DNA from: Brevinematales bacterium
GTDB taxonomy: Bacteria; Spirochaetota; Brevinematia; Brevinematales; GWF1-51-8
DNA: 64,000 nt
Direction of reading: 5' to 3'
NCBI GenBank assembly: GCA_013177895.1
Contig: JABLXV010000004.1
Coordinates: forward strand, 2,496-66,495
How positions within the stretch are numbered: the first letter of the stretch is position 1; each line of letters begins with the position of its first letter. The notes beneath the pieces are model-generated. The model was given only the letters and a program-made list of their open reading frames with translations. It was not told where the DNA came from and did not search any database. Positions 48,334 to 56,265 of this stretch are shown in pieces. Both the position numbers and the translations under genes were made by a program.

Positions 48334-50151
48334 ATGAACGGGAATGATAAAAAAGATAAAGCCGGTAAATTGGGTTTATTCACCCTTTTCGGACTGGCAA
48401 TGCGTAATCTCCTCCGCCATAAGATGAGAACCATCCTGATCGGGATTGTGATCGCTTTCGGTGTGATGATACTCGTTGTCGCTAACTCGTTTACCGAAGG
48501 CCTCAAGGATATCGTTATCAATAAAATTATCGTGAACTGGATGGGGCATATCAATATCAGCGCGATAGAACGCGGCAGCGGTACGTCCCAGGATAAAAAG
48601 ATGATTTTCCGCGATAAAGACCTGATTATCAATGCGATCGAGACGAATCTGCCGAATATCGATTTCTTCCGCGAAGGGCTCGAAACTTTCACGATGTTCG
48701 TCGGGAACGAGAAAACATCGCTCGGAATCGTCATCGGCCTCGAAAAGGAACATGCCGACCCGGAATGGATGAATATCATCGAAGGAGATGTCGGCGATTT
48801 TACCAACGGAAAGTATGAAAACCCTTGCCTGATTTACGAGAGCATGAAAAGGGACTTGAATGTAAAAATATTCGATACCATCAAGATGAGGACTACCACG
48901 ATCTATGGAAAAGTACAGTCCGCCAAGATGACGGTGGTAGGTGTTATGAAATCCGCCAGTACTTTCCAGGATATGGGTATATTTTTAGAGATGCATTCAC
49001 TCAAGCAGCTTCTGGAAATGAAAGATTATGAGGCTCAATCCCTCGTCGTAGTCCTGAAAGGGATAAATAACCCGATGGAAGTCATTCCGTGGGCCGATAA
49101 AATCCACGATGCCTTAAAGCCGGGGGTTGCCGGGATGTACGGTCTGGCTTCCGCGAACGGGAAATCCGTGCCCGCGACCCAGCTCGGAGTGATGACCAAT
49201 GCCGTTGAGCTCGCGCTCTTTATATCGAATGTCACGCCGGTCTCCGGAAGTCTTTCCCTTCTCTCGAATACCAACGGGATAGCCGTCAATACCCTTCTCG
49301 CGAAAGCGTTGGGTATTACCGCAGGAAGCACCCTGACGTTCAACTATAATACCAAATTCGAGAACACGCCCGTTAAGCATTCCTATCAGGTCATCGCCGT
49401 GTTCGACGGGGGTACGAATATCGATAAGCCGGTCGCTATTTTACCGAACACCCTATTCTACCCGGTCTACTTCGATTATCTCCCCAAAGAAATCAAGGCC
49501 GTTTCCAACGCGTATTACCCGGGCGTGAAAAATCCGCTTTACAGTGCGTTCGCTTTGGAATGGACGCTCGTCCCCAGAACCCAGACGTCCGAGCAGTTCA
49601 ATAAAAAAATGCAGAATCTGAATAAGCTCCGCTTCAAGGGGATGATGCTGAACGTCAGCTCGATGTACGAGACGTCGAAAATGTTCCTCGACATCGCGGA
49701 CGCATTGAACCTGGTCGGGTTCACCGCGGTAATGATACTCTTTTTCATTATATTGGTAGGCATCGGGAATACCCTGCGTATGACAATCCGCGAACGTACC
49801 CGTGAAATCGGGACAATTCGCGCCATCGGCATGAAGCAGAAGGACGTCCGCCGCCTCTTCACATGGGAGACCACCCTGCTGGCATTCTTTGCATCCATGG
49901 CGGGAGTAGTTCTCGCTATGGTCATGGTTTTCCTGCTCGGTTCGATAACGTTCAAGAACCCCGGCGACTTCTCGGTACTGATGGTGAACCGCCAGATACA
50001 TTTCCTGCCTACGGTCGTCAGTATCCTGAACAGCGTCGCGACTATAGTCGGCCTCACATTCCTGACATCCTACTTCCCCGCCCGTAAGGCGGCGAAGATG
50101 CTCCCGACCGATGCGTTGCGCGGTATAATGACCAAGTCCACAGCGAAATAG
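48334..50151 (+). CDS. FtsX-family ABC permease with a large periplasmic domain, paralog 2
   Basis: 605 aa. TM1 ILIGIVIAFGVMILVVANSF, a ~400-aa periplasmic domain, then 3 TMs with ERTREIGTIRAIGMKQKDV. AGGAGG RBS. Confidence 0.85.
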   Translation: MNGNDKKDKAGKLGLFTLFGLAMRNLLRHKMRTILIGIVIAFGVMILVVANSFTEGLKDIVINKIIVNWMGHINISAIERGSGTSQDKKMIFRDKDLIINAIETNLPNIDFFREGLETFTMFVGNEKTSLGIVIGLEKEHADPEWMNIIEGDVGDFTNGKYENPCLIYESMKRDLNVKIFDTIKMRTTTIYGKVQSAKMTVVGVMKSASTFQDMGIFLEMHSLKQLLEMKDYEAQSLVVVLKGINNPMEVIPWADKIHDALKPGVAGMYGLASANGKSVPATQLGVMTNAVELALFISNVTPVSGSLSLLSNTNGIAVNTLLAKALGITAGSTLTFNYNTKFENTPVKHSYQVIAVFDGGTNIDKPVAILPNTLFYPVYFDYLPKEIKAVSNAYYPGVKNPLYSAFALEWTLVPRTQTSEQFNKKMQNLNKLRFKGMMLNVSSMYETSKMFLDIADALNLVGFTAVMILFFIILVGIGNTLRMTIRERTREIGTIRAIGMKQKDVRRLFTWETTLLAFFASMAGVVLAMVMVFLLGSITFKNPGDFSVLMVNRQIHFLPTVVSILNSVATIVGLTFLTSYFPARKAAKMLPTDALRGIMTKSTAK

Positions 50152-50167
50152 AAACGGAGGAACATAT

Positions 50168-50947
50168 ATGAAGAAGGTCTTTTTTACAATAGCGCTGATA
50201 GCCGGAATGGTTTCTGTTAATACCTTATCCGCAAAGGAGTTACCGGCAATAAAAACAATACTCAAACAGCTCGATGTGCTGATGGATCTAAAATCCGACC
50301 TCTCGGCAAAAGTGAATATCACCGAAGAAAAGCCGAATCAGGGATTAAAGAAAATCGAATGCTTCTATTACCGTTCCGATACGAAAGATGCGTTCCTGAT
50401 AGTAATGCTCGCGCCCGCGTCCGAGAAGGGCAACGGTTATCTGAGTATCGGCGATAACATGTGGATGTACAAACAGAACACCCGCACATTTCAGCATATC
50501 AGCCGCGACGAAGCGATCGGCGGAAGCGACGTAAAAAGCGGTGACATGGAGAAACGGAAACTGAGCGTGCTTTATAAAGGCGCCGTCGACGCGAAAACCG
50601 GTAAAGAAATGATTACCGAAGAGAAACTCGGCGATATCCCCGTGTATAAAGTCGAACTTACCGCGCAGGTAAATGATGTCTCCTACCCTAAGAAGGTGTA
50701 TTGGGTGCGTCAGGACAACTATCTGCCGATGATGGAAAAATCCTATTCGCTATCCGGTACGCTGATGGAGACAATCTACTACCTGAAATATACGACAATC
50801 GGCGGAAAGTACTTCTGTATCAAGACCCGCATCGATGACGAATTCGATAAAGGCAATAAAACGCTGATGGAAATATCCGGTATCTCTCTCGATAAACTCG
50901 ACGCGAATATTTTTACACAGGGTTATCTTGAATCCCTGAGTAAATAA
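50168..50947 (+). CDS. LolA-like outer-membrane lipoprotein-sorting family protein (periplasmic)
   Basis: Signal peptide without a lipobox (VNTLSAKE). YYRSDTKDAFLIVMLAPASEKGNGYLSIGDNMWMYKQNTRTFQHI matches the LolA_like pattern as I remember it (R-x-D, P-x3-kG, W-x-Y-x-P). Confidence 0.7.
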   Translation: MKKVFFTIALIAGMVSVNTLSAKELPAIKTILKQLDVLMDLKSDLSAKVNITEEKPNQGLKKIECFYYRSDTKDAFLIVMLAPASEKGNGYLSIGDNMWMYKQNTRTFQHISRDEAIGGSDVKSGDMEKRKLSVLYKGAVDAKTGKEMITEEKLGDIPVYKVELTAQVNDVSYPKKVYWVRQDNYLPMMEKSYSLSGTLMETIYYLKYTTIGGKYFCIKTRIDDEFDKGNKTLMEISGISLDKLDANIFTQGYLESLSK

Positions 50948-50957
50948 GGGGCGGCCA

Positions 50958-52322
50958 ATGAAAAAACTTACATTAGCGCTTGCTTTTTCGATGGTCATAT
51001 CCGCGGGCGGCCTTTTAAGCGGACAGGAACTCGGAATGAGCGAGGACGAGATGTTCAAGGATGCCGATGTCATGGTGGACAGCAATACCATCATCAACGA
51101 GGATATCAGTAAAAGCCTCGATTCCGAATCCGTCACATTTTCCGGGAATCTTTACAGCCGCGCTACATTCAATATGACTAAGGATTGGCTGGCCGGACTG
51201 ACCGACGGGGATAAAAACCTGTTCTCAGCGTACCTCGAGGGTAATTTCTTCCTCGATATCCGCCTCAGGAAGAGTTTTAAGGCATTCGTCAACCTCGCGA
51301 TCAATTACAAATCAGTCGCGTCCGGTTACGAGATTTACGGAACGACTTATATCCTGATGACCAATGTCCTTGGCAGCGGCGTCGATCTATCCGGGGAAAA
51401 TACGAAGATTATCCTCAAGGAAGTATTCATCGATTTGAATATCGACAAGAACGCCTACTTCCGCCTCGGCAAACAGGTGCTTCAATGGGGGCAGGGCTAC
51501 TTCTGGAACCCTACCGATCTGATAAACAACGAACTCAAGTCGTTCAGCGACATGTCCCGTTACCGCGAGGGATCGTTCGGGCTGAAAATCACTATCCCCT
51601 ATGAAACCTACTTCAATTTTTACGGGTTCATCGACGCGCGTCAAGTGGAGAAATTCACCGACATAGCGGTCGCGGGAAAAATCCAATTCCTGCTGGGAAT
51701 CACCGAAATCGCGTTCAGCGGATGGGCGAAGCAGGGATTCTATCCCGTCTACGGGTTCGACTTCACCACCGCTCTCGGCGGATTTAATCTCTATGGCGAA
51801 ATGAGCATCTCGTACGGGGATAATCATAAACGTTTGGGCGATCCGGTGATTCTGGGTCCGTTCACAAATTATACATTACTCTCGGTCGATGATAAATGGG
51901 TACCGCGTATCACGCTGGGATTTATGAAGACGTTCGACTGGGATCTCCCGGATCGTATCACGCTGGTCGGCGAGTTTTATTATAACGACGGGGGATATTA
52001 CGATAACGTGTTCAAAGACCCCGCGAAAATAAACGCGCTATTTATGAACAACCTGTATCAGGCGAATTATAACAGCGTTTATTACGGCGCGATATTTCTT
52101 TCAATCAGCAGATTCCCGATACAGGATATGTCGGTATCCGTGAACGCTCTCGGGAATTTTAACGATTATTCGTTTATCGTCATGGGCGGGCTCAGCTACT
52201 CTCCCGTCAATAACTGCACGCTCGGGTTCAATATCTACGGATACCTCGGGGAGGATGACTGCGAGTATACCGCCTCCGGCAACCGGCTTGGGCTGGAAGC
52301 TACCGCAAAAGTAGTATTTTAA
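50958..52322 (+). CDS. Predicted outer-membrane beta-barrel protein, DUF1302-like
   Basis: Signal peptide MKKLTLALAFSMVISAGG. The motif FRLGKQVLQWGQGYFWNPTDLIN resembles the R-x-G-[RK]-Q-x3-WG...NP-x-D hallmark of DUF1302-type barrels. Ends LEATAKVVF (terminal Phe beta-signal). Confidence 0.6.
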   Translation: MKKLTLALAFSMVISAGGLLSGQELGMSEDEMFKDADVMVDSNTIINEDISKSLDSESVTFSGNLYSRATFNMTKDWLAGLTDGDKNLFSAYLEGNFFLDIRLRKSFKAFVNLAINYKSVASGYEIYGTTYILMTNVLGSGVDLSGENTKIILKEVFIDLNIDKNAYFRLGKQVLQWGQGYFWNPTDLINNELKSFSDMSRYREGSFGLKITIPYETYFNFYGFIDARQVEKFTDIAVAGKIQFLLGITEIAFSGWAKQGFYPVYGFDFTTALGGFNLYGEMSISYGDNHKRLGDPVILGPFTNYTLLSVDDKWVPRITLGFMKTFDWDLPDRITLVGEFYYNDGGYYDNVFKDPAKINALFMNNLYQANYNSVYYGAIFLSISRFPIQDMSVSVNALGNFNDYSFIVMGGLSYSPVNNCTLGFNIYGYLGEDDCEYTASGNRLGLEATAKVVF

Positions 52323-52328
52323 CAGAAA

Positions 52329-52362
52329 TAAAAAAAGACCCCGCTGATGCGGGGTCTTTTTT
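52329..52362. terminator. Bidirectional Rho-independent terminator between convergent genes
   Basis: A-run (52329-52336), AGACCCCGC, loop TGAT, GCGGGGTCT, T-run (52357-52362). The stem is identical to that of the 11267 terminator. Confidence 0.85.
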
Positions 52363-52376
52363 ATCGTTGAAAAAAA

Positions 52377-52976
52377 TTAAACTTCCTTCCCGGTAAACGG
52401 CGGATAAACATCGGTCATAAAGCTCATATAAGCGCCCATTCTCGTTACCCATCTCAAGGTACCGAGGATGAAACCGAACATCTTTTCAGGAAACTTCCCG
52501 GTGAAAAGAATGGCCCAGAAAGAGATGAACGAAATGACCATAACCGCAATCATACGGAAGTAAAGGATGAAACCATGGGGGATCATCACATAAAATATTC
52601 CGAAGAATGTGCGGACAAGAAGCATGAGACGTGAAAGCTTCTCAGGATACTCGACATTCAGGGTAATAGGATAACCCGATTCTTTGCCGGTGAACGGCGG
52701 ATAAACATCGGTGAGGAACATCATATAAGACATGACGCTAATACCCCAGCGCTGGGTTCCGACATTAAAATCAAAGAATTTCTGGGGATACTTTCCGGTA
52801 AAAAGAACAACCCAGAAGGCAAGGAAACCCAAAAAAGCGGTCGCAATGCCGCGGAACATCAGACAAAAACCATGGGGGATCATCACATAGATGAAACCGA
52901 AGAAGGTTCTCGCCAACAGGAGAAGGCGGGAAACCTTAGGCGGACATGCACCTGAAACAGTAACAGGATAAGCCAT
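52377..52976 (-). CDS. DUF4389-family membrane protein, internally duplicated
   Basis: Two ~95-aa halves: KVSRLLLLARTFFGFIYVMIPHGF...FTGKYPQKFFDF...MMFLTDVYPPFTGKE and KLSRLMLLVRTFFGIFYVMIPHGF...FTGKFPEKMFGF...MSFMTDVYPPFTGKE. The R-x-[IL]-x-IPH ... G-[KR]-[YF]-P pattern is DUF4389-like. Confidence 0.75.
   Translation of the reverse strand: MAYPVTVSGACPPKVSRLLLLARTFFGFIYVMIPHGFCLMFRGIATAFLGFLAFWVVLFTGKYPQKFFDFNVGTQRWGISVMSYMMFLTDVYPPFTGKESGYPITLNVEYPEKLSRLMLLVRTFFGIFYVMIPHGFILYFRMIAVMVISFISFWAILFTGKFPEKMFGFILGTLRWVTRMGAYMSFMTDVYPPFTGKEV
52380..52973 (-). repeat. Tandem intragenic duplication, unit 297 nt (99 codons)
   Basis: CGGTAAACGGCGGATAAACATCGGT at 52391 recurs as CGGTGAACGGCGGATAAACATCGGT at 52688, an offset of exactly 297 nt. 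The two protein halves are collinear. Confidence 0.8.
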
Positions 52977-53024
52977 AATACCCTCCTAAGAGATTTTTTT
53001 CCATTTTTAACTGAACTTTAAAAG

Positions 53025-53053
53025 AGTTTAAAGTTATTCCTTATTTTTGTCAA
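53025..53053 (-). promoter_or_regulatory. Candidate promoter for the DUF4389 gene, overlapped by a 9-4-9 inverted repeat
   Basis: Minus strand: TTGACA (53053-53048), 17-nt spacer, TAAACT (53030-53025). The inverted repeat AACTTTAAA-AGAG-TTTAAAGTT (53014-53035) covers the -10 and the start region. Confidence 0.35.
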
Positions 53054-53105
53054 GAGAAAAATCGAAAATTGCTTAACACTTATCATATTTCGTATTTTTA
53101 TCGAT

Positions 53106-53693
53106 CTAATCTATCGGTCTGATAATTTCGACTTTTCCCGTGCCCAAATCGTAATACGCGCCCACTACCCCGATTTTCCGTCCCGGATCGTCGGCGGTAA
53201 ACCTTCGGCAAATCTCCTCCACATCGCGGGCTGTCTCAACCACGTTACCCTTGATGGCATGCTCCCTGATATCTTCCTGATATTTATTGGCACGGTAGAC
53301 CGCTGCACGGACTTTATCGATCAGTCCCTTGAGTTCGAATGAGAATTTATCCCCGCTCATAGCCGCGTTAAAAACCCCGCAGTTTGAATGCCCCAATACA
53401 AGCACCAGATTGACGCCCAGATACTTGATCGCGTATTCTACGCTCCCTATGATATCGACATTCAGAACATTCCCGGCAATCCGTACCACGAATAAATCTC
53501 CCGGCTTACAGTTGAAGATAATCTCAACGGGGACTCTGGCGTCCGAGCACCCGATGATAACCGCGATCGGTTCCTGGGTCAGATAGGTCTGGCGGCGTAC
53601 CCTGTCCAATTCTTCATAATAAATGGAATGCTCGGTCGAATACTGCTGATTTCCTTCGAGCAGAATTCTTAATGCTTCCTCCGCAGGTATCAC
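53106..53693 (-). CDS. Beta-class carbonic anhydrase
   Basis: Zinc-ligand motifs GCSDARVP (C-x-D-x-R) and GHSNCG (H-x2-C). 195 aa. Confidence 0.9.
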   Translation of the reverse strand: MIPAEEALRILLEGNQQYSTEHSIYYEELDRVRRQTYLTQEPIAVIIGCSDARVPVEIIFNCKPGDLFVVRIAGNVLNVDIIGSVEYAIKYLGVNLVLVLGHSNCGVFNAAMSGDKFSFELKGLIDKVRAAVYRANKYQEDIREHAIKGNVVETARDVEEICRRFTADDPGRKIGVVGAYYDLGTGKVEIIRPID

Positions 53694-53833
53694 ATGCGCC
53701 TCCCGTTTTTTCTAATTTTTTCCTGATTATATGCCTAAGTATTATAACCGATTTTGGAAAAAAGTGAAGAATCGACCCTGTAATTTTCTAAAGTAAACAA
53801 TTTCGTCATTTTGTAAAAATACTGCCTGTATTA

Positions 53834-53862
53834 TTGACAGGTAATTCCTATGCAATTACAAT
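53834..53862 (+). promoter_or_regulatory. Near-consensus sigma70-type promoter for the 53889 gene pair
   Basis: TTGACA (53834-53839), 17-nt spacer, TACAAT (53857-53862), then a GGAGGAGG RBS before ATG 53889. Confidence 0.5.
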
Positions 53863-53888
53863 AATCTATCAATCGGAGGAGGTGCGGC

Positions 53889-55226
53889 ATGATTCGTCGG
53901 ATTCGAAAACGCCATATCATCATGCTACTTTTATTTATGTGTGTATCCGGCAAGGCGTTTTCAGCGTTACCGGGTCTCTCATCTTCAGACCCGCTCACTT
54001 TTACCCATCTTCAGGAGTGGATACAGGACTCCCGTTCTTCATTGGAAATGTTCGAAGAGACAATCCGCACGGATATCCTTGCCGCTAGATTTAACTATTT
54101 TTGGAACGACACCGAGTTCTATGTCAAAATGGATGACAGCTCGGTTGTAAAAACCAAAGCTCAGCACGTTACCTTTCAGGGAATGTTCTGGGGGCCGATT
54201 TTTACCTTCGGGGTGTGGGAAGTCCCGGCTACCATACTCGACCTCGCGGTTTTAATCGCGCAGAATGACGCCAGCTTCAGCTTCAATAAGATTAATATGA
54301 CTATGTTAGAATTGGCAGTCTCCGCGAATAAAGCCCAGTCGCAGGCAAAGGTTCCTTTCTCAGGCTTATTGCGTATTAATGTCCTTTTCTCGCTGGATTA
54401 CCTCCTGATGGATCTGAAGGCGGGGGGCACGAACGGTAAATCCATATTGGGGCGTTCCTATGCCGGATTAACCTTTAAAATAATGGAAGTATATTACCTA
54501 TTCGCGGGATTCAATTTTCTCCACTATCCTTATGTATACGGGTGGCAATCCTTCGTATCCAACGATAAAGCATTCTCCGGCGTGCCCGGCGTTCCCCGTT
54601 ACGCGTTCGGTACGGAAAACTATGCCCCCGACGAACTGCTCTATGAAACCCGCACCAAACTTTTCTTCTATCAGAATATCCTGAACTTTCTCCAGATACG
54701 CACCCTCCTCAATATCGATGCCGAACAGCTTCTGGATATGATCGGCGCGGGTGTGATTTTCCGTTTCTGGCAGATGTGGGATTTCAACAGTATCTTCTCC
54801 TATATCCAGTCAATAGATAAATATACGCTCGACCTGATGGGCAATATCAGAATATTCAACTGGCTGAATATAAACTATAAGTATAATATAGCATTTAAGC
54901 CCTTCGACGCGCTCGATTACCTGAAGCTCGGCATCGACCTGAATATCCCGTTAGGGGATTCTGACGCGGGCCCGTTTATGATATTTGCCCACGGTTATGC
55001 GGCGACCTATATGAGAGATCAGGAGCGTCAATTCGGTTACTACGGGTCGGTCGGCTTATATCTGCCGCTCTCAACCTGCCTCGAATTCGGCGTGGGGTAT
55101 AATGTGGACGAAACTATGGAGAAATTACCGTTCTCCGGGGATAGTCTCACCTATTTCGTTCATTTTGAAATCGGGATGGATAATAACCTGAATTATAATC
55201 TTGAACCTATATACAGGGAGCCGTAA
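53889..55226 (+). CDS. Hypothetical secreted protein, probable outer-membrane protein (family not recognised)
   Basis: N-terminal basic/hydrophobic signal MIRRIRKRHIIMLLLFMCVSGKAFSA. Aromatic-rich alternating strands in the C-terminal half (YNIAFKPF, YYGSVGLYL, LTYFVHFEIG). Confidence 0.5.
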   Translation: MIRRIRKRHIIMLLLFMCVSGKAFSALPGLSSSDPLTFTHLQEWIQDSRSSLEMFEETIRTDILAARFNYFWNDTEFYVKMDDSSVVKTKAQHVTFQGMFWGPIFTFGVWEVPATILDLAVLIAQNDASFSFNKINMTMLELAVSANKAQSQAKVPFSGLLRINVLFSLDYLLMDLKAGGTNGKSILGRSYAGLTFKIMEVYYLFAGFNFLHYPYVYGWQSFVSNDKAFSGVPGVPRYAFGTENYAPDELLYETRTKLFFYQNILNFLQIRTLLNIDAEQLLDMIGAGVIFRFWQMWDFNSIFSYIQSIDKYTLDLMGNIRIFNWLNINYKYNIAFKPFDALDYLKLGIDLNIPLGDSDAGPFMIFAHGYAATYMRDQERQFGYYGSVGLYLPLSTCLEFGVGYNVDETMEKLPFSGDSLTYFVHFEIGMDNNLNYNLEPIYREP

Positions 55227-55227
55227 G

Positions 55228-56265
55228 ATGAAAAAATCATTAATCCTTATATTATCCCTCGTTGCGTTGTTAGGCACGTCTTTTTCAGCCGTGTTTTCCG
55301 CGAGTTTTCTCGGGAAGGACGACGAGGAAACTGTCGATATGGACAAGTATAAGAAGCAGAAAGAGGACTATAAGAAAAAGAATAAGAAGAATCAGGACGT
55401 AAAAACTACCGATAAGACGGCCAAGGATTCCGATAAACCCGTTAAAATCACGGAAGAGGATGCGCCGCCTACGCAAGAGGTCAATTCATCCGAACCTGAA
55501 TATTTCTGGGATTACGACAATGCCCAGAAGGACGTCCGCGAGAAAGTATTCGATTTCCTGAAAAACCCCAAGGGGTTGACTATCACAGCGGGATACAGTT
55601 CGATGGGTTTCTCAAGCTTTTACTCTTTCCTCGACGATTCCGAAAAAATCCCCCACCAGATCGATACGATGCTCGAGAACGCTATGGGGCATCTGAACGG
55701 ATTTTGTCTGGGGCTCGAACTCGATCATTCCTTCGTCGATATCCGTTTTTCCCCGAATATGGGGCTTACCCCGAACGTACTTTTCGTACAGGTCGACACC
55801 GGGGTATATATCCTGAATAGGGATGAAAAGTATAAAAGTACGGTATATATCAATAGCGGGGTTTATTTCTCGGGTACGCTCGTCGCGTTCGCTTCCCCGA
55901 TGTTCGCGCCTTCCTCTGTTACTAACCTGCGTCCGATGTATGTGGATATGTTTAATACCGGTATCGGTATCACTCATGTCAGCACGACAGTCCCCGCGAT
56001 ATTGGGGCTGGCCATAGCGAATACGGTTATGATCGAGGCCGGCGCTTATTTTAATCTGGGCGTGCTCCTGCCGTATTACTTCACCCTGGATATCGGGTTA
56101 CTTGCTAATATAGAAATTGAAATTATCCCGGATATGCTCCGGCTCTATATGAAGACCAAGTTTGTAAAGTTTAAAAACATGGTTGCCAGGGAAGGACATG
56201 AGGATAACTACCCCATTTTCTACGATAACGCATTTTTCGATTTGGGTATAGGTTACGAGTTCTAG
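55228..56265 (+). CDS. Hypothetical secreted protein with a Lys/Asp-rich linker and a probable beta-barrel C-terminal domain
   Basis: I start at ATG 55228 (MKKSLILILSLVALLGTSFSAVFSA), 1 nt after the upstream stop; ORF-track start is 55201. Charged low-complexity region DKYKKQKEDYKKKNKKNQD. Ends DLGIGYEF (terminal Phe). Confidence 0.5.
   Translation: MKKSLILILSLVALLGTSFSAVFSASFLGKDDEETVDMDKYKKQKEDYKKKNKKNQDVKTTDKTAKDSDKPVKITEEDAPPTQEVNSSEPEYFWDYDNAQKDVREKVFDFLKNPKGLTITAGYSSMGFSSFYSFLDDSEKIPHQIDTMLENAMGHLNGFCLGLELDHSFVDIRFSPNMGLTPNVLFVQVDTGVYILNRDEKYKSTVYINSGVYFSGTLVAFASPMFAPSSVTNLRPMYVDMFNTGIGITHVSTTVPAILGLAIANTVMIEAGAYFNLGVLLPYYFTLDIGLLANIEIEIIPDMLRLYMKTKFVKFKNMVAREGHEDNYPIFYDNAFFDLGIGYEF

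Noticed and set aside
53834-54088. 84-aa plus-strand ORF beginning at 53834
   Set aside because: Its start coincides with the -35 hexamer of a near-consensus promoter, and it overlaps out of frame the 53889 gene, which has a strong GGAGGAGG RBS and a signal peptide.
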